Part shown: positions 9,483-18,148 of the stretch, in pieces
Position numbering within the stretch: position 1 is the stretch's first letter
How the letters are laid out: every line of letters begins with the position of its first letter
Notes under the pieces: model-generated
The model's input: the letters and a program-made list of their open reading frames with translations, nothing else
What the model was told of the DNA's origin: nothing
Databases searched by the model: none
Position numbers and translations under genes: made by a program
NCBI GenBank assembly: GCA_963729895.1
Contig: CAVSQB010000003.1
Location: 96,001-160,000 of the forward strand
Reading direction: 5' to 3'
Length of the DNA stretch: 64,000 bases
Source of the DNA: an uncultured Fibrobacterota bacterium
GTDB taxonomy: Bacteria > Fibrobacterota > Chitinivibrionia > Chitinivibrionales > FEN-1185

Positions 9483-10031
9483 TTATTGGTTCTTGTATTC
9501 CTTGAGGGGAATCGATTCCCGAAGTTTTGCCAACGCCCTTGATTTCTGGGCAAGCAACGTCCCCAGAGGGACATCCCACATCTCCGACAGTTCCTTGAAC
9601 GTGAATCCTTCGATTTCGGTGGCGATCACGACGGAGCGCTCGTTGATGTTGAGCCGGTCCATGGCGTCAACCAACACCTCTCTCAATTCACCGTTGGCGA
9701 TCGCGGCGCCGGTATCGAATCGCACGTCGTACAGAGTCTCGGAGAAAGACAAAGCTTCGTCTTCGTCATCATCTTTGTCGAGTGAAACGCTCTTCTTCTT
9801 GTTTCTGAACGCGTCTATCACCCTGTTGCGAAGCGCCTGATACGCATAGGCCGACAGGCTCCGCAGCGGCATCAAGGGATCGGCGCGGTCCAATAAGCCG
9901 GTCATCACGTCCTGCACGATGTCCTCGCCGTCGCGGTCCGCCGTATCACCGATGAGCGAACGAACGTAGCCGACAAGCGCCGAGCGTTCCGCTTTGATGA
10001 ATGCCGCGATTCTGTCGTTGAGCGATTGCAT
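9483..10031 (-). CDS. ECF RNA polymerase sigma factor
   Basis: EDIVQDV, ALRNRVIDAFR, EGFTFKELSEMWDVPLGTLLAQKSRA. Confidence 0.9.
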   Translation of the reverse strand: MQSLNDRIAAFIKAERSALVGYVRSLIGDTADRDGEDIVQDVMTGLLDRADPLMPLRSLSAYAYQALRNRVIDAFRNKKKSVSLDKDDDEDEALSFSETLYDVRFDTGAAIANGELREVLVDAMDRLNINERSVVIATEIEGFTFKELSEMWDVPLGTLLAQKSRALAKLRESIPLKEYKNQ

Positions 10032-10065
10032 TGTTCTACCGTGTAGGACGGAAGGGGGCGAAGAA

Positions 10066-11103
10066 TTATTGCATGTTTTTGAGCACCGACGGCGGTAGAG
10101 GCGCGTCCGCGGCAGAGAGAAGCGCGCCGGTCTCGCACAGGAGCGAGCGAACCGCTTCGCGTACGTCAAAAACCGGAATCGCTTCCACGGCCGCGCCGGA
10201 AACGGGCGAAAGGACCGCCCGGTACACGTCCGACAGCGGCAAGTATTGGACAAAAAATTCGGGAAGGTTAACGTAGAGCGCAACCACCGGAATATTAAAC
10301 GCCGCCGCAACATGCACAATGCACGTGTCAACGGTGAGCACCAGGGAGGCATTTCTGATGGCAGGAAGGATTCCGAGAATTGAGGAGGTTTCAAACACAC
10401 GACTCCGCGGCACGCGCCGGGCAATAGCGCGAACCCGCTGCTTGTCGCGGGGCTCACTCAGCAGCACGGCGGGACCGCACTCCCTGGGAAGCCAATTGAG
10501 CAGCTCCGCCCATTTTTCATCTTTCCAGTACCGCACCGCGCCCGAGGCCGATATATTCACCGCGAAATACCCGCCGACGGCGTTCACTTTCCGAAACTCG
10601 TCAAATGCAGCGTCGTACGAAGGAGCACGCGGCAGGCTTGGCCGCAACGATGCATTCTCTATCCCAAGATAGGCGAGGTTTCGCAGGCTCCTCGCCGCAT
10701 AGTGCTCTCCTCCGGCTTTTTGTTCGCACGCAGGATGCGTGAACACTGCGTCGCCCCGAAACCCGATTTTAATGGGCGCTTGCGCCAGACGGACGAGCGC
10801 GGAGCTTTCGGTTGATTTATGCTCCTTCGGGTCAAGCCACACGTCAAACGTGGTCGTACGGAGCATTGCGATAAGCCGTAACGTACTCCACGGACGCTTG
10901 GTGTACACGTGCACGCGGTCGATGCACGGGTTTCCCGCGGCAACCATGTGGTTGTTCCTGCCCGCAATCAAATGCAGTTCGTTGCCAGGATGCGCGGCTT
11001 TGAGAGCGGAAAACAGCGGCGTTATCAGAAGCAGGTCCCCGATGCGGCCGAGCTGAACGATGCAGATCTTTCTGGCCCGATTATCCCATGCCCGCGTGCT
11101 CAT
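10066..11103 (-). CDS. Glycosyltransferase family 9 (heptosyltransferase-like)
   Basis: QLGRIGDLLLITP, LTVDTCIVHVAAAFNIPVVALY. Confidence 0.88.
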   Translation of the reverse strand: MSTRAWDNRARKICIVQLGRIGDLLLITPLFSALKAAHPGNELHLIAGRNNHMVAAGNPCIDRVHVYTKRPWSTLRLIAMLRTTTFDVWLDPKEHKSTESSALVRLAQAPIKIGFRGDAVFTHPACEQKAGGEHYAARSLRNLAYLGIENASLRPSLPRAPSYDAAFDEFRKVNAVGGYFAVNISASGAVRYWKDEKWAELLNWLPRECGPAVLLSEPRDKQRVRAIARRVPRSRVFETSSILGILPAIRNASLVLTVDTCIVHVAAAFNIPVVALYVNLPEFFVQYLPLSDVYRAVLSPVSGAAVEAIPVFDVREAVRSLLCETGALLSAADAPLPPSVLKNMQ

Positions 11104-11150
11104 AAATACAAAATACACGCCGGCCGCATCGCGAAACCAAGGGAAACAAC

Positions 11151-12323
11151 TTACCTCACAATCGCGCATTTCATCGTGCTTGTGAATTGGCCTGCAGAAA
11201 ATCGGACGCAGTACGCGCCCGAGGCAAGCCTCGAAACGTCCACCTCCCGACTGTAAAGTCCCGCAGGTTGCGAAACCGCCGGCAGAGCTTCAACGCGGCG
11301 CGACAGGGCATCGAACACTTCTATGGCAACCCGGCTGGGCTGCGGGAGCCGGTAGCCTATGCGGATGCTCCTGCCGAAGGGGCCGGGATACCTTGCAAAT
11401 ACGGAATACCTTCCCGGCAATCCCGGTGCGTGAACAGGGAGGGACAGCACAGGGGGCCCGGCCAGGGCGGCAATGCCGCACGGCGGAGACGCCGTGCGCG
11501 CAACCGTGATTGTGTCTGTGCCGTCAAAGGCTGAAGAACGTACCAGACTTGTGCCGAACTCGGTCCAGTACAGCCTCCGTGCTGCCCGGTCTGCGGTTAT
11601 GTACTGGGGACTCGCGCAGTTGGCAACAATCGTGGTTGCGGCCGTTCCGTCGAGCTTCGACCTGCCGATGCTCCCCGCATTCGCATCTGTCCAAAAAATG
11701 AACCCACTGTCGGGATCGAGCGCTATGCCGACGGGACCGGCGAGGCCCGTGACGATTCCCTGCCACGCGGCCTGCGGCGCGGCGGCAGCCCGTTCAAGCG
11801 CGCCTGCACCGAAATCGGCCCAGTACATTGTTTGCGTTTTTTCGTCGACCGCGATTCCGTACGGGGTGTTGGCGCTCGCCGCGCCGAACAATTCGAGCAG
11901 CTCGGCGGAAGATCCATCGAGGTTTGCCCGAAAAATCGAGGGGCCCGAGGCCAGATTCGTGCCGGTCCAGTATAATTTCTTATTTGTCGAGTCCACTGCG
12001 ACTCCCCTGGCGCACGATTGCAACGACACCGCGGTGCCCGAATCACCGAGGTCTGCACCGGCAAATTTGACATGTGCGTTAAGAAAAGCGAGTTCGGTCC
12101 AGAAGACCGCGTTTGTTCCCCGGCTTATCGCCAGCGCCTGCGGAAGGGACTGCGCCGCAAGCGCCAGCGTCGATGCGATTGCGCCGCTTCCATCGGCAAG
12201 CACGAGCCTGGGCGCGCCAAAATTCGCCTCCGTCCAGTACAGGGTAACGCCTTCTGCGCGAAAAGCGTGCAGAGCGATGAAACACACGACCATTCCCCAC
12301 GCCGCCGTTTTCCTCTTCCCCAT
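11151..12323 (-). CDS. Secreted YWTD/LDLR class B beta-propeller protein with T9SS-like C-terminal domain
   Basis: Signal peptide; six LYWTE/VFWTE/LYWTG/MYWAD/IFWTD/LYWTE repeats; C-terminal YRLP...VFDALSRRV...LASGAYCVRF. Confidence 0.8.
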   Translation of the reverse strand: MGKRKTAAWGMVVCFIALHAFRAEGVTLYWTEANFGAPRLVLADGSGAIASTLALAAQSLPQALAISRGTNAVFWTELAFLNAHVKFAGADLGDSGTAVSLQSCARGVAVDSTNKKLYWTGTNLASGPSIFRANLDGSSAELLELFGAASANTPYGIAVDEKTQTMYWADFGAGALERAAAAPQAAWQGIVTGLAGPVGIALDPDSGFIFWTDANAGSIGRSKLDGTAATTIVANCASPQYITADRAARRLYWTEFGTSLVRSSAFDGTDTITVARTASPPCGIAALAGPPVLSLPVHAPGLPGRYSVFARYPGPFGRSIRIGYRLPQPSRVAIEVFDALSRRVEALPAVSQPAGLYSREVDVSRLASGAYCVRFSAGQFTSTMKCAIVR

Positions 12324-12374
12324 TGCAAACTCCTTTCGTGAACGCAACCGTCGATCGACCGCCTCGGTTCCCGG

Positions 12375-13004
12375 CTAGTTGCGAGCGGGGAATATGCCCG
12401 TAAGCGCGATGATGAAATTAACGCACTCAAAAGGCGGCATAATAGGATGCGGCTGGCCGCCCCCCGCCTGGCTTACCACGACTGCCGACGAGGCCATTGT
12501 CGCATTGCTCGTTTTTCCATACGACGGAGTTGCCGAGGCGTTGCGGGCGGGCAACGCGGTTTGCGGCCTGTCGGTTGTTGCAACGGTTGAATCAACAGCC
12601 AACACTGCGCCGTGCGTATGCACAGGCATCTGGGCCACGGTAAGCGTTTCAGTCTCCTGCCCACCCGCATCGCCCAGATTTCTGGGAGTCAAATTGGTGC
12701 CGGTACCCGCATTCATCGGAAACCGTCCCCGAAGATCCGGCAACGCAAATGTCGTCGTTCCATTGCCGCCGTACGTTGTGCCGAGCAGAGAAAACAGCAC
12801 GGTGTTTTGGCTGATCGGAAGCAGCGAGCCGTCGCAGAACGCCCATCCGACGGGGGCAAAGTTTCCCGCGAACATCTTGATCTCACCCACATAATTGTTT
12901 TGGGCATCAACAGAAGTTGCATTCAGAACAAAGAAAACCACAAACGCAGACAGCACATTCCCCACCAGGCATTGCTTTCTGATCCGGACCGCGGCACTTG
13001 TCAT
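12375..13004 (-). CDS. Phage tail-collar domain (MdpB-like) protein with signal peptide
   Basis: YVGEIKMFAGNFAPVGWAFCDG, LFSLLGTTYGGNGTTTFALPDLRGR, GGGQPHPIMPP...FIIALTGIFP; AGGAGG RBS. Confidence 0.9.
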   Translation of the reverse strand: MTSAAVRIRKQCLVGNVLSAFVVFFVLNATSVDAQNNYVGEIKMFAGNFAPVGWAFCDGSLLPISQNTVLFSLLGTTYGGNGTTTFALPDLRGRFPMNAGTGTNLTPRNLGDAGGQETETLTVAQMPVHTHGAVLAVDSTVATTDRPQTALPARNASATPSYGKTSNATMASSAVVVSQAGGGQPHPIMPPFECVNFIIALTGIFPARN

Positions 13005-13290
13005 GACATCCTCCTTTACTTGTTAATAATCCGGGAACAACATGACTTTGCAAGTATCGTTCCAATTGGAAGATTCTCGCATGCGGATCCCTGTCGCCCA
13101 AGAAGAAGGAGTCAAAATGCACGGGTCAGTCGAAAGATGACGATTCGCGCTTTTGATAATTCTTTTGGGAACGAGGAATCCATGCCGCCGATTCGAACAG
13201 TGCCATCCAGCCACTGATGTTGATGTTCCCTTCCTTTACATTATGCACAACCTTCAGATTCTTCCGCCGGAATTAAGATAAAATGTTATT

Positions 13291-14559
13291 TTGGATGCGG
13301 TGCGTAGAATTATACGAGACTTGAGCAAGACTCCTGTGCCCCTGTGCCGGCATCTGTCGCTTGGCGCCTTTCTGCTGCTATCGCTGGCAGTCCCTGACCT
13401 CCCAGCCCAACCGCGAGCGCCTGCCCCGTACCCCGGTATCACCTTCCGCCAGCACGAACTTGCCCAGCGGGCCATGCACGAGTTCTTTGCTCAGCATTGG
13501 GAATCCGCTGAATCCACGGGTTGCGAAATGTTTCATCTGGAACAGGCCGACACCCTGCTTCCACTAAGCAACATGCTTCGGTTTGCCATGCGGGCCTGGC
13601 GAATACTCAATGACGAATTCGACTCCCCGCAGGAGCGGGAAACCCTGGAAGAGGGGCTCAAACCGCTTCGGACCGAATGTATCCGCATACTTCACAAACA
13701 ACAATTTGCAGACTCCACGCGACCGATGCGTATGTTTCTGGAAGCCGGAATCAATGGGTTCAATGCCACGCTGATCATCAGGTCAAAACCGCTGAGCTCG
13801 CTTTCCGCCGGCCTCCAGTGCTATCGGACGCTCGATTCCATAAGAACGCTCGCCCCGCAAATCAAGGATGTCTACCTTGGGCTGGGACTCTTCCAATGCT
13901 CGCTCGCAAACGAACCGGGCATAATCGGGTTTGCTTTGCACCTTTTCAACCGGCTTCAGGTAAGCCTCGATTCAGGTCTCACGTATCTGCGTATCTGCTC
14001 GGACGGCGCATTATACACCAGGGAAGGAGCAAAAGAGTACCTTCTCCAATTCCTTTCACCTACAATCAAAAACGAAGCTGCCGAGAAGCGGAGAATCTCG
14101 AAGTCGCTTGAAGCCGAGTTTCCGGGCAACCCTTTCTACGTTTTTCAGGATATCGACGAGGAAATGGCATTTCACCGGAAGGACGTTTTTTCCAGCGCCC
14201 GGTTTGCCTGGGCCGTTTCCCAGGTCCGCGCCTTTGACACAAGCAACTCCTCAGCAAGGCGTTTTGCAAATCTTGTCAAATGGCAATGCGCTGCAATTGA
14301 TTCCGCGGCTTCGGCGGATTCACACATGGAGCCGGCAGAGCCGGGCTCTGCGTACTCTTTTTATCCCGTTTTCCTGGTTGCCGCAAAATTGAGATTTCTT
14401 CTGGATGGCGACAAGAACCTTGGCACTGAGAGGCAAAAGATCACTATCCGTTTGTATCATCGCCAAAGAAAACAGGCGTTTTCGATCATCCGGAGATCGG
14501 ATATCAACCCCATGCTCAGGGAATACTACCTGTGGCACATGGAAGATGGTTTGCCGTGA
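13291..14559 (+). CDS. Hypothetical exported helical/TPR-like protein
   Basis: 422-aa ORF with an N-terminal hydrophobic stretch and DVYLGLGLF; start uncertain. Confidence 0.6.
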   Translation: MDAVRRIIRDLSKTPVPLCRHLSLGAFLLLSLAVPDLPAQPRAPAPYPGITFRQHELAQRAMHEFFAQHWESAESTGCEMFHLEQADTLLPLSNMLRFAMRAWRILNDEFDSPQERETLEEGLKPLRTECIRILHKQQFADSTRPMRMFLEAGINGFNATLIIRSKPLSSLSAGLQCYRTLDSIRTLAPQIKDVYLGLGLFQCSLANEPGIIGFALHLFNRLQVSLDSGLTYLRICSDGALYTREGAKEYLLQFLSPTIKNEAAEKRRISKSLEAEFPGNPFYVFQDIDEEMAFHRKDVFSSARFAWAVSQVRAFDTSNSSARRFANLVKWQCAAIDSAASADSHMEPAEPGSAYSFYPVFLVAAKLRFLLDGDKNLGTERQKITIRLYHRQRKQAFSIIRRSDINPMLREYYLWHMEDGLP

Positions 14560-14698
14560 TGCCTGGCCGATCAAAAAAGGGAGCAAAATCCGCAAGGAAA
14601 GCTGTATATTATTAAATGGAAGGCATTTTCGTCCGCCAACACCGCCCCAAGTGGCGGGATGCGCGGGGCGGTGTTATTCATTCCAAAAAGGGGGGACG

Positions 14699-17533
14699 AT
14701 GTTTAAGCGTATTAGCACTATAGCGATTGCGCTCTTGGTTGCAGGCACTGTTTCCGGCTTTGCCCAAACCTACACGCCTGATTCAAGCAACAGGGTTACG
14801 ATCAATTTGGGCGCCACGGCGTGGAAGATGATCACCTCCGATCCCACGGGCGCGCAGGCCCCAACGTACAACGACGCGGCAGGCGCTGACGTGGGCATTC
14901 CGCAATGCATGGCCCAGGATCAGACGTTTGTCAACAATGCGTCGGGAGGCGGAAACCTTCCCGGCGGACCCTACTGGTACCGCAAGGCGTTTACTCTTGA
15001 CCCATCCTATTCCGGCAGAAAGGTTTTTCTGGAATTCGAGGGAGTTCATCTCGGCTGCCAGGTGTACGTGAACGGCACGATGCTGCCCACCACAAGTACC
15101 ATAAATCCCCAGGCCACGCACGTGATCGGATTCGTCGGCTTTACGAACGACATAACAAGCCTTGTTAAATTCGACGGCACCAATAACGTGATCGCTGTCC
15201 GAGTTGCAATGAACGCCGCCTGGTTTGCCGACCCGGGATTTTCAACGGTGTTCAGGTTCGGTCAGGGAGATGGCGGGCCTTTCCGGCCGGTGTGGCTGCA
15301 CATCACCGACAATGTCCACATTCCCACAAATGAATACTCGGGGACGCAACAATGGGGAACCTATGCCGCCACGACAAACGTCTCGGCCGACGGTTCACAG
15401 GCGACGGTGCGGATCCTCACCAACGTGCAGAACGATAACACAACCGCCCAGGCCGTCACTCTCACAACGAAAGTCGTTGACGCATCCAACAGCATCGTTG
15501 CGCTTTCCCAGGACGCAAGCCAAACCATCGCGGCAGGATCAAACTGCATTTTCGATCAGACCGGCACCGTCAACAATCCGAAGCTTTGGTACCCTAACAA
15601 TTCTCCCTACGGTAAGCCAAATCTTTACACGATTTATCACATAGTGAAAATCGGCACCACCGTGGTTGATCTTGCGCAGACCACCTTCGGCATACGCACG
15701 ATCACCTGGGACGAAAACTTCCCCTATATCAATGGTCACGAGCATCACTTGTACGGCGCCGCCTCCCGGTACGATTACCCCGCGCTCGGCACGGCCGTGC
15801 CTCCTGCGCTCCAATGGCGTGATGCAAAATTGCTCGCGGCTATCGGCGGCAACCTCTGGAGGCCCGGCCATTCGTCTTGCAGCAGGGAATTCGTGGAGGC
15901 TTGCGACGCTTACGGCATCATGCTCATCCAGCCCAGCGGCGAAGGCGAGGGAGCTTTCTCCGATGGAGCGAATGCGACCGCGTCCCGTCTCATTCTCAAG
16001 AAAGAGATCCACCGGGACATGATCATCCGGGACCGCAGCGATCCGAGCATTCTCGCATGGGAAGCCTCAAACGGCGACATGGATTCGCTCTATGCCGACA
16101 CCTTGAGAACCCTCAGCACGACGTGGGACTCGCTCGCGCCAAGGGTAATTTCGCTTCGGGGCAAGCCTTTCAAGAAAGGCCCCATCGATCTTCACGGGTG
16201 CACGCTTACCGGTTGCGACGCGCAGCAGAAGCCGCTTAATCCGTACTGGCCGTGGTGGGGATCTGAATACTGGGGCCCGCAAAGTTCCCGTTTCGCGTAT
16301 AATTACCAAATTCAATTTTGCGGCGACTTTCTCCACGATTGGGCAGCCGGCATAAAGAACAATACCTTCGGCATGTGCCAATGGTACCTTATGGAGACGC
16401 CCGGCGAAGAAGGCACTTTCCTGGAAGGCGGACCTACGCCGCGATCGTTCGGTTCCTCGATGATGGATTTCAGCCGCATTCCTAAGTTCCTCTATTATCA
16501 ATATGGCGTGTGCTGGGTCCCCTATGCCACCCAACCAAGGATTGCGATTGCAAATCACTGGAACCGGTCGGCGGGAAACGTGAGGGTGGACGTGTGGAGC
16601 AACTGTCCTTCGGTTCGCCTCAGCCTTAACGGAACCGTCGTCGGCACGCAGGCGCCAAACGGCCAGCAAGGCCCAGCCGGCGGAATAAACGACGTGAGCA
16701 ATACCGCCACGGATTTGCCGTTTCAGTGCACATTCCCCAGCGTTGCGTGGCAGGCCGGCACACTCAAAGCGGAAGGGCTTGACGCCAACGGCAATGTGCA
16801 ATGCGTCGATTCACAGGTGACGGCAGGCGCTCCTGACCACATAGTGCTTACCCAGCAGCAAAACATCACGAAACCCAACGGTGAAACGTTCAACGTCACG
16901 GCAAACGGGACCGATGCCGCGGTCATTCTTGCGACGATTGTTGACGCAAATGGCAACTGGTGCCCAACCGACACTGGCATAATCACCTGGAGCGTGGCCG
17001 GACCTGCCACGTATCGGGGCGGAAGCGACGAGTTTGTAACCGCGGGTCAGGGTTACGGCTATCACGCTCCGCTGGACCCCAATCTCGATATAGAGGGCGG
17101 CAAGGCATCTGTCGCGGTGCGGTCGCAGTTTACAACAGGGGCGGTTACCGTGAGCGCCACAGTGGCCGGCCTTCCCCAGCCGACTGCCACCACTTCGTTT
17201 AACATAATGCCGGTTTCCGATATGGTGGTCGTGGCAAACCCGGCCCGTCCTTCAGCGCTTTCGGGCAATCCGGCCATGGCGAGGATTTACGTCGCAGGCA
17301 GCCTTGTGCGCTATTACCTTCCCGCCGTGTCAAACGTGTCGGCCGACATTCTCAACGCTCACGGCCAGACCGTGCGCAGGCTGCAAGCATCGTCTCAGGC
17401 GGCAGGCTGGCATTCCTTCAGAATTGATTCACAACTGGCAGCCCTTGATAATAGTGTCTCGGGAGTCTATTTTGTGAAGCTGATGGTGAACGGATCGCCC
17501 CTTGAGGCGCAGAAAATTGTGTTGATGCGCTGA
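14699..17533 (+). CDS. Secreted glycoside hydrolase family 2-like protein with T9SS-like C-terminal domain
   Basis: WYRKAF, VFLEFEGV, PKLWYP, FGIRTI, MIIRDRSDPSILAW, WGSEYW; signal peptide; C-terminal SGVYFVKL. Confidence 0.85.
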   Translation: MFKRISTIAIALLVAGTVSGFAQTYTPDSSNRVTINLGATAWKMITSDPTGAQAPTYNDAAGADVGIPQCMAQDQTFVNNASGGGNLPGGPYWYRKAFTLDPSYSGRKVFLEFEGVHLGCQVYVNGTMLPTTSTINPQATHVIGFVGFTNDITSLVKFDGTNNVIAVRVAMNAAWFADPGFSTVFRFGQGDGGPFRPVWLHITDNVHIPTNEYSGTQQWGTYAATTNVSADGSQATVRILTNVQNDNTTAQAVTLTTKVVDASNSIVALSQDASQTIAAGSNCIFDQTGTVNNPKLWYPNNSPYGKPNLYTIYHIVKIGTTVVDLAQTTFGIRTITWDENFPYINGHEHHLYGAASRYDYPALGTAVPPALQWRDAKLLAAIGGNLWRPGHSSCSREFVEACDAYGIMLIQPSGEGEGAFSDGANATASRLILKKEIHRDMIIRDRSDPSILAWEASNGDMDSLYADTLRTLSTTWDSLAPRVISLRGKPFKKGPIDLHGCTLTGCDAQQKPLNPYWPWWGSEYWGPQSSRFAYNYQIQFCGDFLHDWAAGIKNNTFGMCQWYLMETPGEEGTFLEGGPTPRSFGSSMMDFSRIPKFLYYQYGVCWVPYATQPRIAIANHWNRSAGNVRVDVWSNCPSVRLSLNGTVVGTQAPNGQQGPAGGINDVSNTATDLPFQCTFPSVAWQAGTLKAEGLDANGNVQCVDSQVTAGAPDHIVLTQQQNITKPNGETFNVTANGTDAAVILATIVDANGNWCPTDTGIITWSVAGPATYRGGSDEFVTAGQGYGYHAPLDPNLDIEGGKASVAVRSQFTTGAVTVSATVAGLPQPTATTSFNIMPVSDMVVVANPARPSALSGNPAMARIYVAGSLVRYYLPAVSNVSADILNAHGQTVRRLQASSQAAGWHSFRIDSQLAALDNSVSGVYFVKLMVNGSPLEAQKIVLMR

Positions 17534-17789
17534 GGTAAGGCATCGGCCTAAAGGTGCTGAGGGACTTGACGCATTTTTGAGATTGAGCGGGGGATTTCGT
17601 CGAATCGTTTCCGCTTCCGGAACGACTGGCGGGTCCCCCCACCTTTTTTGGTGGGTCATGATCTTTCTAGAACTTTTCGACACTTTCCCTTCAAGTAAAC
17701 AACCTCGGCGAAAGGAGATTGCCCGCGCAGGAACATCACAATGGTTTTCTTTGCAACTCGCCTTGGGAAGCCAATTTTTTCTTATATAC

Positions 17790-17902
17790 TCTTTTGAGCT
17801 CAAAAGATCGTAGATGTGTTCGCAAATTCATCATGTTCGCAAATATTTGACAATTGTATCTTATTAAATATCATTGTATTACAGATCAACATGTTCGCAA
17901 AT
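17790..17902 (+). promoter_or_regulatory. Promoter with three repeated operator-like boxes upstream of the GH55 gene
   Basis: TGTTCGCAAAT at 17817, 17834 and 17892; TTGACA 17847 and TATCAT 17869 (16-bp spacer); 18-bp palindrome at 17790-17807. Confidence 0.65.
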
Positions 17903-18148
17903 AGACATGGCATTATTGAAGAAATACCTCACCTTGCTCATATTTATCAGTATATTATAGATGAAAAAGGGACAAATACAAAAAAACAAATAGTATTTCT
18001 GGAAAGATAACCGTACAATTTTATTGAGTGCCAAACCAAAACGCGCATGTTGAAAAATCGGGTATCAAATATTCGAATACCATAAAACATACCTGGTCAC
18101 TTTATCGGTTAAACAACCTACCCACCCCCTTTAAGGAGGCTTGTTTAA

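Noticed and set aside
8905..9840. 311-aa plus-strand ORF as a frameshifted continuation of moeB
   Set aside because: No ThiF/MoeB motifs; antisense to the sigma operon.
12375..13004. Prophage or tailocin
   Set aside because: No other phage structural, lysis or integration genes nearby.
14575..14605. GCAAAATCCGCAAGGA as a c-di-GMP-I riboswitch
   Set aside because: Lacks the following GACGCAAA segment and the second stem.
17817..17902. Direct repeats as a CRISPR array
   Set aside because: Repeats are only 11 bp, spacing is irregular and no cas genes are present.
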